In this document: one piece after another, positions 28,312-37,313 of the stretch | Layout of the letters: each line of letters starts with the position of its first letter | How positions within the stretch are numbered: position 1 is the first letter of the stretch | Virus record (IMG/VR): IMGVR_UViG_3300032304_000176 | Location: 1-59,814 of that record | Source: a virus | Taxonomy: Duplodnaviria > Caudoviricetes | DNA length: 59,814 bases | Direction: 5' to 3' (one strand) | Translations under genes and position numbers: made by a program | Notes under the pieces: generated by a model | The model's input: the letters and a program-made list of their open reading frames with translations, nothing else | Told to the model about the DNA's origin: nothing | Database searches by the model: none

Positions 28312-28615
28312 ACCCTTGGTCTCTATCTATACGCGCCAGCACATCCTCAACATCGTCTATGTTGTCTTCATTAACGACAAGGGTATAGCCTCCTGTAGAA
28401 GCAATCTGAGATAGATTCCGTATCTGTAACGCTGTAGGATGGTTGTTCCCTGCCTTGCATTCGATAGCTAAGAACCTGCCGTGATAGCACACCAATATGT
28501 CTGGCACACCGGACACACCGTACCCATGAGTAGCAGGGGTAACCACATATGCCTTAACACCAGCTAATACTTTACGAACCTTATCCTTAACTTTCTTTTC
28601 AGGAGTGTTAGCCAT
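28298..28615 (-). CDS. VRR-NUC nuclease / Holliday junction resolvase
   Basis: PEKKVK, GVPDIL, AIECKA, PTALQ. Confidence 0.85.
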   Translation of the reverse strand: MANTPEKKVKDKVRKVLAGVKAYVVTPATHGYGVSGVPDILVCYHGRFLAIECKAGNNHPTALQIRNLSQIASTGGYTLVVNEDNIDDVEDVLARIDRDQGYAKG

Positions 28616-28616
28616 A

Positions 28617-28841
28617 TCAACCCTTTGTCATCTTACGAATCTCTTCGATGGACATACCCGTCTTGTCGTAGACAATTAAAATAAACTCAGCGGTGTACGG
28701 CTTAGCGCCATGCCGAATCTTACTTAACGTAGTGGGACTGACTCCAAGGAAGTCTGCCAACGCTTGGCTGTTCTCTAACCCAAACTTCTTTTTCAGATAC
28801 ACAAATAGTTTGGTTTCTGCTGTTGATAAATCTCTACTCAT
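28617..28841 (-). CDS. XRE-family HTH regulator
   Basis: SQALADFLGVSPTTLSKIRHG. Confidence 0.8.
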   Translation of the reverse strand: MSRDLSTAETKLFVYLKKKFGLENSQALADFLGVSPTTLSKIRHGAKPYTAEFILIVYDKTGMSIEEIRKMTKG

Positions 28842-28942
28842 TTTCTACTCCAAAAATAAAACGCAATCCCAACGCTTCCAATGGTTAGCCCAATCCCCAT
28901 CAGCAAGCCCCCTAGTACAGTAATAACTTCAAACGTTTCCAT
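28838..28942 (-). CDS. 34-aa single-TM peptide (not in the ORF track)
   Basis: METFEVITVLGGLLMGIGLTIGSVGIAFYFWSRK fills the gap exactly; TGA overlaps the ATG of the next gene. Confidence 0.65.
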   Translation of the reverse strand: METFEVITVLGGLLMGIGLTIGSVGIAFYFWSRK

Positions 28943-29204
28943 TTTTCACCTTCTTATGTACCTTCGTTATCCAAACGTGCGGTGAGCTGCACTTGCCTGT
29001 CTTGGGGTTGTACAGCGTTCCAGTAACCACATCCACAAAAAACTTTGTATCGCTTATGGTGCACTTAGCCATCTTGCGGGTCATTAATGAGTCAAGCATA
29101 GATACCATGATATCTACATCAAACGTTTCCAAATCTTTAATCTTAATGAGGTCGTTCTCAATAATGCACTCGTGCTCAGTTCTAATCTTCATTGGCTCGG
29201 TCAT
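28929..29204 (-). CDS. hypothetical protein
   Basis: ORF 28929..29327; likely start MTEPMK at 29204 after AGGAG. Confidence 0.6.
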   Translation of the reverse strand: MTEPMKIRTEHECIIENDLIKIKDLETFDVDIMVSMLDSLMTRKMAKCTISDTKFFVDVVTGTLYNPKTGKCSSPHVWITKVHKKVKNGNV

Positions 29205-29215
29205 AGTTCTTCTCC

Positions 29216-29503
29216 TTACGGTTGTGAGGATTCTGCTGCTTGGTTGTCCGAAATTTGTATACTCCTTTCGGACGTGGGGATTGTTAAATAGTTCATCAAC
29301 TCTGCATTTAGTTTTGCTTGTGCCCACTTAGTCGGGCCGGATAGTTGCATCAACGCTAAAGCAAACTGAACGAAGTTTTGTAGCTTCTCTAGCTCCTGCT
29401 CGTCCACCTCGCCCTTCTTAATACTTTCAATTACTTGGTGCACACCTATGCGGTTGCCGTTGATGACCGCTTCCCAATCGAAATCGACCTTCTTCTTAGG
29501 CAT
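29216..29503 (-). CDS. hypothetical protein
   Basis: Tiled minus-strand ORF. Confidence 0.6.
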   Translation of the reverse strand: MPKKKVDFDWEAVINGNRIGVHQVIESIKKGEVDEQELEKLQNFVQFALALMQLSGPTKWAQAKLNAELMNYLTIPTSERSIQISDNQAAESSQP

Positions 29504-29813
29504 TCTTTTCTTTCAGCTTGGCTTCGATAAGGTTTTGAATTAAGGCTTTTTGTCTTTTCCAATCCTCATCAGGGCTTATGTAGTAGTACCCCTCGCCGTG
29601 CTTCGCGACCATTTCTTTTTGAAACTCTTCATCTATGTCAAAAGAATGTTCATCAAACTGCTCCCATATGTCGCGCCAATCTTCGTCAGCCATTGAATAC
29701 GTCTTTACCGCTTGATCTGAAAACAACTTGTCACGCAGTTCATTACGCTGCGCTTCAATGCAAGCAGGTCTATTGCAGTAGTAACTGCAACTGTGTATGT
29801 CGTAGTCAGTCAT
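29496..29813 (-). CDS. hypothetical protein
   Basis: HSCSYYCNRPAC N-terminus and IEAKLKEKN C-terminus, both mosaic phage modules. Confidence 0.65.
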   Translation of the reverse strand: MTDYDIHSCSYYCNRPACIEAQRNELRDKLFSDQAVKTYSMADEDWRDIWEQFDEHSFDIDEEFQKEMVAKHGEGYYYISPDEDWKRQKALIQNLIEAKLKEKNA

Positions 29814-30040
29814 AACTTCTCCCCATTCTTCTCAGCTTCTTTGTTTAAGTTGCGTAATGACTCCTTTCGTACTTCCATCATTGCGTCTGCTACCTCGTAA
29901 GAATATTCAGCCGCCCCCGTTGGCTCCCATAAAACTGTACCCGCGTCATCTTTCTCAGCCAAAAGAACCTGCATAGCCTTAGCCGCAAAGTAATCACGCA
30001 ACTCCATACCTTCGCTTCTGTTATTTGGAAATGCTTTCAT
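29810..30040 (-). CDS. conserved small phage protein
   Basis: AFP..GMELRDYFAAKAMQ...YEVADAMM motif. Confidence 0.75.
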   Translation of the reverse strand: MKAFPNNRSEGMELRDYFAAKAMQVLLAEKDDAGTVLWEPTGAAEYSYEVADAMMEVRKESLRNLNKEAEKNGEKL

Positions 30041-30236
30041 CGTTCTTCTCCTTTGTTATATCTGCCCAAGACGAACCTTCAGGTATATCTTCTAACGAAT
30101 CAGTTTTTATCCAACGCGCTACGTAAGTAAGTCCTCCAACATCTTCAGATAAAACCGCGACTATGCCTAAAGATTTTGATGTCGCGTATCTTTTTATAAA
30201 CTCAAATACTTCATCCATCAAATTCTCCTCTGACAA
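30021..30236 (-). CDS. hypothetical protein
   Basis: Tiled minus-strand ORF. Confidence 0.5.
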   Translation of the reverse strand: MSEENLMDEVFEFIKRYATSKSLGIVAVLSEDVGGLTYVARWIKTDSLEDIPEGSSWADITKEKNDESISK

Positions 30237-30427
30237 ACAAATGCCTGATGATCAACACGAAACGCCCCTGCGTATTTGCAGTCACCGACCACTCTGCTCT
30301 CTGTTTGCACTTGACCTATGCTTAGCCCAACAAAGAACAGTATTACGGCGGCTAGTGACTTAGCCCATACAGCATTAATCCAAACAAATATTATTTTGTA
30401 GTTGAAGGTTTCAATACTCATAGTCAT
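30218..30427 (-). CDS. small membrane protein
   Basis: One TM helix followed by a DCKY...FVC Cys pair. Confidence 0.6.
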   Translation of the reverse strand: MTMSIETFNYKIIFVWINAVWAKSLAAVILFFVGLSIGQVQTESRVVGDCKYAGAFRVDHQAFVCQRRI

Positions 30428-30659
30428 TCCTTGGAATTTTTTTATCGGTTATGTAAGTACCCGACCAACTAAAACTAAACGGACGATGGTAGAAAACTCG
30501 GTTTATCAATGTAGGGTCATCATCCCTACCATCTTTATCAACCTTAAAAAAATACTGTGGCGCTAATCGTTTCACTAACTCAATAGTGTTATCGATCCTA
30601 CCTATCTCACCTGACTCAGCGGCGATGGAAATCATTTGTTGATACTCTTTTGGTAGCAT
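30411..30659 (-). CDS. hypothetical protein
   Basis: Tiled minus-strand ORF with RBS. Confidence 0.55.
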   Translation of the reverse strand: MLPKEYQQMISIAAESGEIGRIDNTIELVKRLAPQYFFKVDKDGRDDDPTLINRVFYHRPFSFSWSGTYITDKKIPRNDYEY

Positions 30660-30979
30660 TATCTTTCTCCTTTAAGTTCTGCTGCTGCTCTTAACGCGTC
30701 GTTTCTTGCTTTTGTTGCTAATGCCTTTGCGTGTTTTGCTGCTCTTGCTGCAAGTTCTTCATCAGTAACCCATTCTTTTGCCCCATGCCCTGCAACCCAC
30801 GACTGAAACATATGCCCGATCATCGGGTTAGTCCAATCAATGTCGCGCTTGACCGTTTCTTGAAACCAGTTGCTAAACTTTTCTTTTGATACAGTGAATG
30901 GAACCATCGCTGTTTCGCGCCGCTTCTTTACTTCTCTAGGACTAAGCGTGTCTGATTCGCTGACTGCTATGTTAGGCAT
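30659..30979 (-). CDS. hypothetical protein
   Basis: GGAG RBS, coupled to the next gene. Confidence 0.6.
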   Translation of the reverse strand: MPNIAVSESDTLSPREVKKRRETAMVPFTVSKEKFSNWFQETVKRDIDWTNPMIGHMFQSWVAGHGAKEWVTDEELAARAAKHAKALATKARNDALRAAAELKGER

Positions 30980-30997
30980 GATGATTCTCCAAGATGT

Positions 30998-31195
30998 TTA
31001 TGCACGTGCGAGTGCGTCAAATAATTTAGCGATGAACGTTTTGTTTTTGCTGCTATCCAACAAGAGGTCTTGTACAAACCTTTCTTCTGGCGTGAACTTT
31101 TCCCACTTGTGCTCAGGTATAAAAAGCTTACCAATCTCTGGCGGCTCTTCTTTAATAAACTTCCCGTCTCTTAACATAGTCCCCCCAATCGGCAT
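30998..31195 (-). CDS. hypothetical protein
   Basis: MLRDGKFIKEEPPEIG...TPEERFVQDLLL. Confidence 0.6.
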   Translation of the reverse strand: MPIGGTMLRDGKFIKEEPPEIGKLFIPEHKWEKFTPEERFVQDLLLDSSKNKTFIAKLFDALARA

Positions 31196-31493
31196 AGCCG
31201 TCGTCTTCCTCTATGAAATAACTAGGCACTCTTTCTTTGCGATCCTCATTGCTACGCCTAGCGTCTACCCTCTTCTTGTTAACTATCTTTGCTACTCTTG
31301 CCATAGGTTGTGCCACAGGTTTTGGTGGTGGAGGTGGAGGCGGTGTAGCCTCTGCAAGATCATCTAAGGTAGCTCGCACCTCTAATGTATGTATCAACTT
31401 CTTACACTCCATGCACTTACGCCTACGTTTAATAACATCCTTGACGGGCATGGTCTGCATGACTTTTGTCTCACCCCCGCAGTCGCAAATCAT
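31152..31493 (-). CDS. zinc-ribbon protein (NrdR N-terminus-like)
   Basis: CDCGG.TKV..T......RRRKCMEC.....TLE. Confidence 0.7.
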   Translation of the reverse strand: MICDCGGETKVMQTMPVKDVIKRRRKCMECKKLIHTLEVRATLDDLAEATPPPPPPPKPVAQPMARVAKIVNKKRVDARRSNEDRKERVPSYFIEEDDGYADWGDYVKRREVY

Positions 31494-31785
31494 CTTGCTC
31501 CTCCTTTATCTTTTCTAAGTCCTCTGCAAACATACGTACGTAGTACACCTCTGGATACGAACCCAACTTACGCCCTATACCTTTAACAGATAAACCTACT
31601 GGGGCGAGTACTAGTAACGCCAACTTTTCTCTAACCGCTTGCTCCGCTAATTCTCTTGAGTACGGGGGACGGAACAGCCACTCCGCTGCTCCCCCATATG
31701 TGTACACGCTTCCCTCATTGAGGGTCTTCTCTACCCGCACTGAAATAAAATACGCATCGCCTTCTTCCCCATCAGCAATATTCAT
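31471..31785 (-). CDS. hypothetical protein
   Basis: C-terminus resembles that of 31785..32630. Confidence 0.6.
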   Translation of the reverse strand: MNIADGEEGDAYFISVRVEKTLNEGSVYTYGGAAEWLFRPPYSRELAEQAVREKLALLVLAPVGLSVKGIGRKLGSYPEVYYVRMFAEDLEKIKEEQDDLRLRG

Positions 31786-32630
31786 TATACATTCCCTCCG
31801 GCAACACGTGCCGGCATATTTAATACCCAGAAAGTATTGGCATCTAGGCGTACACCTACCTCGGGAATACTCTCGTTATCCTTCAACATCTTTAGGAATG
31901 CCAACTTACCTCGTATATCTTCTGGCAACGCATCAAAGTTTGGATAGACAGCGTTCGGTATATGCGGCGATAAGTCAGAGTTGTGCACATGAATGCCGTC
32001 CTTCCTGTAACTAACAAAAGCTTTACTCACTTTTGCGTTATAGCGGTACTGATGCTCTTCGTTGTAAGTAAGCGATTGCTCCATAACTTTTCTAAACTCC
32101 GGTGTAATTAACTGTACGCCCAATGCTTTCAAGTTTTGCATCTCTGCAATCACCGCCCTGTGCGCATGCCCAAGCTCACGTATTGGTTCCGCTACTTTCT
32201 CATGAAGCTCAGACTGCCATTCACGAAGATGTTGGTGTACAGCTTTAGCCTTACGCCCTGCAATCTCCGCAATAGAATAAGGCTTGACCATCTTCAACAT
32301 TAACTTCAGCGCGTTTGCCCCGTGCTTAGTCTCCTTACTAAACTTGTCGTTATAGTTCTTACGGCGTGGGGATACCTCTTCTCTACCCTTTACGCCGAAC
32401 ACATCACGCCCATCTTTACCGCATTTGAGAGTTATCCAGCCAGCCTCCTCATCTAAAAAGTTAGGGTCAAAAAACTTAATACCTAAGTGGTACATTTCTG
32501 CTGGGCTACCATCAGGAGGGCAGTACTCAACATAACGTCCTATCGGCCCCAATTCAAATGGGTACTTGCTCTTCAACAGGAACGCATTAACTAAAGGGCG
32601 TAGTGTTGGGTGTACTTGTTCGATATTCAT
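31785..32630 (-). CDS. hypothetical protein of the MoxR/vWA operon
   Basis: 281-aa ORF with GGAGG RBS. Confidence 0.7.
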   Translation of the reverse strand: MNIEQVHPTLRPLVNAFLLKSKYPFELGPIGRYVEYCPPDGSPAEMYHLGIKFFDPNFLDEEAGWITLKCGKDGRDVFGVKGREEVSPRRKNYNDKFSKETKHGANALKLMLKMVKPYSIAEIAGRKAKAVHQHLREWQSELHEKVAEPIRELGHAHRAVIAEMQNLKALGVQLITPEFRKVMEQSLTYNEEHQYRYNAKVSKAFVSYRKDGIHVHNSDLSPHIPNAVYPNFDALPEDIRGKLAFLKMLKDNESIPEVGVRLDANTFWVLNMPARVAGGNV

Positions 32631-32641
32631 AATGCCTCCAA

Positions 32642-33520
32642 TTAAAATGAGAACGTTTTAAGTATGCTGTCTACTTCCGACTTGAGCGTAGAGCGCACGT
32701 GGTCATCTTCGCGCAGGTCATCCGCAGTAACGCCGAACATAGCGCCCTCCAGTTTGCGTCTAGCTTGCTCCAAGCTTGGGTCATCCGTTACGTTAAGCTT
32801 AGTCAACAGACCACACAACTCGATAGCATTGTTCACCAACGAATCACGAAACACTTGTGCATACATCTCTGTGCCATCCTTCAATACGCGAGGTGTAGGT
32901 AAGTCAGCTAACTTAGTTGACATGTGAGTCAGGCACTCATGCAGACGTGTCCATATATCTTTCATCGCGTCATTCAAACGATTGTTCACATGCGTATCAG
33001 CTTGCGCTTGCAGTTCGGCGAGAGCCTCGTCCGTTGCTTGTATACGAAAGTCACCCGCCGTTGGTACAGGCATGAACACATAGTTGAAACGAAACTTACC
33101 CTTGATCGTACCCACATCTGGATAGTCATTGCGATTGAACAATGCACCCAACTGAAACGCAGCAGCAGTCACCAACGTAGGGTATTCCTTCTCAAGCTCA
33201 TCGACCGCCGTCCAGTAGTGCTGCTCGAATGTGGATAGCGTCTTCTTGTAGTCGAAGAAGTTCTTCATAGGTAACAGGCGTGAGCCACCATCTGACCAAG
33301 GCAACGTCTGCTCGTAGTGCCACACACGCGCAGCCGACACGATCTTCTGTACTGCATCAAGCTTGTCGCTACCTGCCAATAGATGTTTGTGGTAGTTGCC
33401 GCCCTTAGCCTTCGTACCCTTAGCGACATCGATCTCGCTCGATACGTTCTTGTCTAGCTTACGTGCAGTCCATGTGCTGATGTTTAAGTCAACGAGTATT
33501 GCTGAATTTTGAATAGCCAT
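32642..33520 (-). CDS. DUF3150-like helical protein
   Basis: LNISTWTARKLD, TLPWSD.G.RLLP, FRDSL; adjacent to vWA and AAA genes. Family name recalled, not searched. Confidence 0.6.
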   Translation of the reverse strand: MAIQNSAILVDLNISTWTARKLDKNVSSEIDVAKGTKAKGGNYHKHLLAGSDKLDAVQKIVSAARVWHYEQTLPWSDGGSRLLPMKNFFDYKKTLSTFEQHYWTAVDELEKEYPTLVTAAAFQLGALFNRNDYPDVGTIKGKFRFNYVFMPVPTAGDFRIQATDEALAELQAQADTHVNNRLNDAMKDIWTRLHECLTHMSTKLADLPTPRVLKDGTEMYAQVFRDSLVNNAIELCGLLTKLNVTDDPSLEQARRKLEGAMFGVTADDLREDDHVRSTLKSEVDSILKTFSF

Positions 33521-33535
33521 TTTGTTTCTCCAAGT

Positions 33536-33550
33536 TTAGGTACTACCTAA
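33536..33550. promoter_or_regulatory. 15-bp palindrome copy 1
   Basis: TTAGGTACTACCTAA next to the RBS of 33520. Confidence 0.85.
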
Positions 33551-33556
33551 TTATGT

Positions 33557-34762
33557 TTAGACTTCAATGTGTACTGACCGACCTACGTCCGACTTGATGC
33601 GCTTGTCAGTGATGCACCACAGGGTAGGTGCAGTCCAACCCTTACCCCATGAAGCCACCTCACCATCAGTCAACATCACGACAGCATCAGGGCGTATGTG
33701 TTTCTTCTGCATGTAGTTCACTACACACTGCGGGTCAGTCCCACCGCCACCCTCTGGGTGAGCCAAGGTCAACAACCCTGCGTATGAGTTCTCGTCATAC
33801 ACCTCATGCCCAGCTACATCGCAGTCCCAATACAGGACGTCCACAACCTCTGGACGCACAACCTCACACAAGTTATGCAGTGCCGCCATGAAGCTTGACA
33901 ACACATCGCCACCGAATATAGAACCTGATGTATCTATACCTACAACCAACCTACCTAGTCGCTCAGTGATCATGCTTGGGTAGATAATCTCCGACTCCAT
34001 GCGGCGGCGGTTGCGCTTACGGAATGACGGTGTATCTGACCCACTGCACAACGAAGTCACATGATCCTGCAACTCATCCTTCCAGTTGACTACGGGTGCA
34101 AGCATCTCTTCAAACGCTTGAGGTAACTTACCCCCGAGACGTTCTGCATACATCTTGCCCTGCCTTAACGCTTGATCGATTTCCTCTGCGAGCTGTCCTT
34201 GTTCCTCGTCCGAAAGGGTGCTCGCACCTTCCCAATCATGGTGATCGAGGCTTTCCTGTCCAGTACCCGCGCCGTCCGCGCCCTGCCCTGCTTGTCCATA
34301 ACCATGTTTCGGTTCATCTTTGTTCTCCTGTTCAAGTATGGCGAACACCTCGCCTGTGCTCATCCCTCTGAAACGTCTATCCAATAGCCCACACTCAGGC
34401 ATCTTGACCTCGCTACTAGTGAACCCTAAATCATTGATCATCAGGTTGTCCACGTAGTCAGCCGCCATGTTGGCAAGCTTGGGATTCTTCTCCCAGAGAT
34501 GTTTCCATACGACCATGTCACGCTTAGCCTTGTGGAACACCTCATGCAACTTAAGGAAGCGCACCTCTGGCTCAGGCAATGACGCAATGAACTCACCGTT
34601 ATAGAACTCGTCACGCCCGTTAGTTGCAGCAGTGGGAACCCTGTCGGTTATCTCAATCTTACCCATCGCCATAATCCCAGAGAGGGCACAGGCACGTGCG
34701 TCCCCCATCAACCATACTGTTGCGCGTGTTAGCTTTTGCGCTGCTGAAAATCTGTTGTCCAT
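33557..34762 (-). CDS. metallopeptidase plus vWA domain protein (DUF2201-like)
   Basis: TAATNG, HEVFH, NMAAD; MIDAS DTSGS, GGGTD and LTDG. Confidence 0.88.
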   Translation of the reverse strand: MDNRFSAAQKLTRATVWLMGDARACALSGIMAMGKIEITDRVPTAATNGRDEFYNGEFIASLPEPEVRFLKLHEVFHKAKRDMVVWKHLWEKNPKLANMAADYVDNLMINDLGFTSSEVKMPECGLLDRRFRGMSTGEVFAILEQENKDEPKHGYGQAGQGADGAGTGQESLDHHDWEGASTLSDEEQGQLAEEIDQALRQGKMYAERLGGKLPQAFEEMLAPVVNWKDELQDHVTSLCSGSDTPSFRKRNRRRMESEIIYPSMITERLGRLVVGIDTSGSIFGGDVLSSFMAALHNLCEVVRPEVVDVLYWDCDVAGHEVYDENSYAGLLTLAHPEGGGGTDPQCVVNYMQKKHIRPDAVVMLTDGEVASWGKGWTAPTLWCITDKRIKSDVGRSVHIEV

Positions 34763-34771
34763 ATATCCCCC

Positions 34772-35899
34772 TTAGAACATCCACTGATTGTCCATTGCCC
34801 ACTTGCGGAATGACTCAGACTTCACGCCCACGTCACGCTTAACATCATCGGCTGCGATAACACTACGCCCGAACATTGCTTGCCACTCATTGCCCATACG
34901 CTTTACATACTTAACGAACGGCTCAATAGTGTCCTTGTTCAAGTGCTGCACCAACTGCTGCACCATCACGCAATACGCCACAGCGTCACCTTCAACGGGC
35001 ATATCTGCACTATCTGGACTATTAATAACCGCTGCAACGGACGGCAACTTATCCTTGATCATTAAGAACGCAGAGAAGTCTCGAGCAAACGACTCACCCG
35101 CCGCACCTGACAACAAGCTCATAGTTAACTTGCTACCCAGCACATCGCGCTCTTTCAATACGTCATCACAGGCATGCACACTACGTGGGCAAACATACGA
35201 CTCCGCGCCCTTGGTTGGGTGATACGCATACGGGTTGTTCCAATCTTTGTCGTTCGGGCAATCACGATAGCTGTCCATACACTGCGGGTTACGCGCCACC
35301 CATGCAATCAACGCCGCATCGAAGTTGTTCTTCAACATAAACTCACCGAATGAACCCTTCTCCACCTCGCCTGTCACCGGATTGATGCCGGTCGGAGGTT
35401 TCTGAATCTCTAGGTACATCGCACGACTACGTGCATGTGCAGGTATAAAGTCACCCACGCCATCCGAGGTCAGGTTAGTTGTTGCGTACACAATAGAGTC
35501 AGGGTGCAGATGGCGGTTACCCATACGGCGGTCAAAGATTACGGTTAGCAGTACATTCAACGCCGCCTTGGTTGCCTTACCCAATTCATCTAGTTGCAGT
35601 AGCAGTGGCTCGGACACATCGAAGTCAAACATATCTAGGATCGCTTGACGCGCCACCTTCTCGCCGTTGGGCTTGTCTTCCAGATACGTAGCCCAGAAGT
35701 CACCCTGATCTAGCATGCGCGTACAATCCACGATGATGGCCTTGTGCTTAGGAAACTTTGAAGCCAGTGCCTTAATAGACCACGACTTACCGATGCCAGG
35801 CTCGCCCCTCGCAATGATGGTGCGCTTGTGACCCACTACTGATACTGCTGTTACTAGTTCGTCTAATGAGACGCGTCTTGCTGTGCTGACTTGTGCCAT
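34772..35899 (-). CDS. MoxR-like AAA+ ATPase
   Basis: GEPGIGKS, LDELGK, ATTN, ARSR and CPRS. Confidence 0.88.
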   Translation of the reverse strand: MAQVSTARRVSLDELVTAVSVVGHKRTIIARGEPGIGKSWSIKALASKFPKHKAIIVDCTRMLDQGDFWATYLEDKPNGEKVARQAILDMFDFDVSEPLLLQLDELGKATKAALNVLLTVIFDRRMGNRHLHPDSIVYATTNLTSDGVGDFIPAHARSRAMYLEIQKPPTGINPVTGEVEKGSFGEFMLKNNFDAALIAWVARNPQCMDSYRDCPNDKDWNNPYAYHPTKGAESYVCPRSVHACDDVLKERDVLGSKLTMSLLSGAAGESFARDFSAFLMIKDKLPSVAAVINSPDSADMPVEGDAVAYCVMVQQLVQHLNKDTIEPFVKYVKRMGNEWQAMFGRSVIAADDVKRDVGVKSESFRKWAMDNQWMF

Positions 35900-35914
35900 G
35901 ATTGTTCTCCAAGT

Positions 35915-35929
35915 TTAGGTAGTACTTAA
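35915..35929. promoter_or_regulatory. 15-bp palindrome copy 2 (one mismatch)
   Basis: TTAGGTAGTACTTAA next to the RBS of 35899. Confidence 0.8.
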
Positions 35930-35978
35930 GGTTTATAGTTACTCTGCAAAGTGTGGCTCAAACGCCACACCAGAACAT

Positions 35979-36007
35979 ATTATAGGATAAGACTTATACA
36001 GTGTCAA
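35979..36007 (-). promoter_or_regulatory. consensus sigma70 promoter
   Basis: Minus strand TTGACA-17 nt-TATAAT upstream of the AAA gene. Confidence 0.88.
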
Positions 36008-36012
36008 TCCCC

Positions 36013-36198
36013 CTATATAGATTTAAAGTAATCAATTGTTGCTTGGATTGTGTCCCAGTTGATGCCAACGGTTGAGTCGTGGAAGTCCTTCAGCAACTTT
36101 AATACCTTCCGCGCCTCATCATTCGTTAATGTGTCGTCAACCTCCTGCACATCTGTGAAGTGCCAAGAAATAGTTATCTCATCTGGTAATTGTTCCAT
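36013..36198 (-). CDS. small early protein
   Basis: Likely start MEQLPD at 36198; ISWHFTDV...LTNDEARKVL...GINWD. Confidence 0.65.
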   Translation of the reverse strand: MEQLPDEITISWHFTDVQEVDDTLTNDEARKVLKLLKDFHDSTVGINWDTIQATIDYFKSI

Positions 36199-36199
36199 C

Positions 36200-36367
36200 T
36201 CACACCCCCTTATAGTTAGTAAAGCTCTCACCTTGGTTGCACTCAGGACAGCAGGTTATTGTCCCGTCCGAACACCACGTGTCATTCACATGTGGCACAT
36301 CATCCCAATCAATAACAAGTTTGCAGTAGTCGCACTGGGCTAGGTTGCTATCGTCTATTGTGTTCAT
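36200..36367 (-). CDS. small zinc-finger protein
   Basis: Likely start 36367; CDYC...CPEC. Confidence 0.6.
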   Translation of the reverse strand: MNTIDDSNLAQCDYCKLVIDWDDVPHVNDTWCSDGTITCCPECNQGESFTNYKGV

Positions 36368-36672
36368 GGTTCCATCTCCATTTGTTGTTTCGCTATTGCA
36401 TCTGCGCAATTCTGACCATCGCCTTCGGTTCCAATGTCGTGTTCGCAAATTGAATAACATCTATTGCGCTCAAACTGGATAGCCTCGCGCCATACGCTGT
36501 AACAATCGGCAAGGGTTGTGTAATACTCCCCATACTTGCCTTTGCAAAATCCATCGTCCCCGTCCTCATCTGGATTCATAAACGCAATCACTGCTTCTTC
36601 GGGTATACCACCCAGACTTACCACTGCGTTTACAAACGCCTCTTGGAAACGGTTTTTATATGTATCGCTCAT
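36364..36672 (-). CDS. small early protein
   Basis: Likely start MSDTYK at 36672; ERNRC..IC......CADAI module. Confidence 0.6.
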   Translation of the reverse strand: MSDTYKNRFQEAFVNAVVSLGGIPEEAVIAFMNPDEDGDDGFCKGKYGEYYTTLADCYSVWREAIQFERNRCYSICEHDIGTEGDGQNCADAIAKQQMEMEP

Positions 36673-36673
36673 C

Positions 36674-37045
36674 TCACCACCCTCCATCGTCAATGTTGGC
36701 TGCATCAAACAGTGCAGGTAGCACACCTGCGGGGTCATAGCATGACCAACGGTTATATAAATGACTACCCTTGTAATCCCAGATAGCGCACACCTCACGC
36801 CCATTCACATTGAATGCCCAACTGTTAACAACTTTTAGTTCGTCATCGTCCACGTTGGGCGCGAACCCTAGCACCTCCATGATCTGGCGCTTTGTTATGT
36901 CCTTCAACCCACCTGTGCGATAGCTCCCGTTCAGGTTGTCAATCGGCGTGATTCTGATTGTTGGGATGTCAATTACTGCGCTCATAAGTTCCTCCAATAC
37001 GTTAGCGTATAGGTTATGCATTGCTTCGATTGATCTCATACTCAT
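36674..37045 (-). CDS. small early protein
   Basis: LGFAPN...KV..SW....AIWDYK pattern. Confidence 0.65.
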   Translation of the reverse strand: MSMRSIEAMHNLYANVLEELMSAVIDIPTIRITPIDNLNGSYRTGGLKDITKRQIMEVLGFAPNVDDDELKVVNSWAFNVNGREVCAIWDYKGSHLYNRWSCYDPAGVLPALFDAANIDDGGW

Positions 37046-37251
37046 TTCACACCTCCAATTTCTTTACCATCCGAATTGACCAGTACGTTGGCGTACTGTG
37101 CTTTGACGTTTATATCTACGTACCAATCATCGCTAAAGTTAGCATCGACTGAGTCAATCTCCAGACGTTCGCCGTCCACCCATACGTAAACTTCTTTATC
37201 CAAGTCATGGTTGTCACAAATTAATTGCTTTATTAGTTCGCGTACTTTCAT
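37042..37251 (-). CDS. small early protein
   Basis: MKVRELIKQL start with GGAGG RBS. Confidence 0.7.
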   Translation of the reverse strand: MKVRELIKQLICDNHDLDKEVYVWVDGERLEIDSVDANFSDDWYVDINVKAQYANVLVNSDGKEIGGVK

Positions 37252-37266
37252 TTCACACCTCCAAGT

Positions 37267-37307
37267 TTAGGTACTACCTAAGTTTTAAATAGGCGGGTTT
37301 CCCCGCC
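37267..37307 (-). promoter_or_regulatory. palindrome copy 3 plus GC hairpin
   Basis: TTAGGTACTACCTAA at 37267-37281; minus-strand GGCGGG-GAAA-CCCGCC at 37292-37307. Confidence 0.85.
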
Positions 37308-37313
37308 CTTTGT

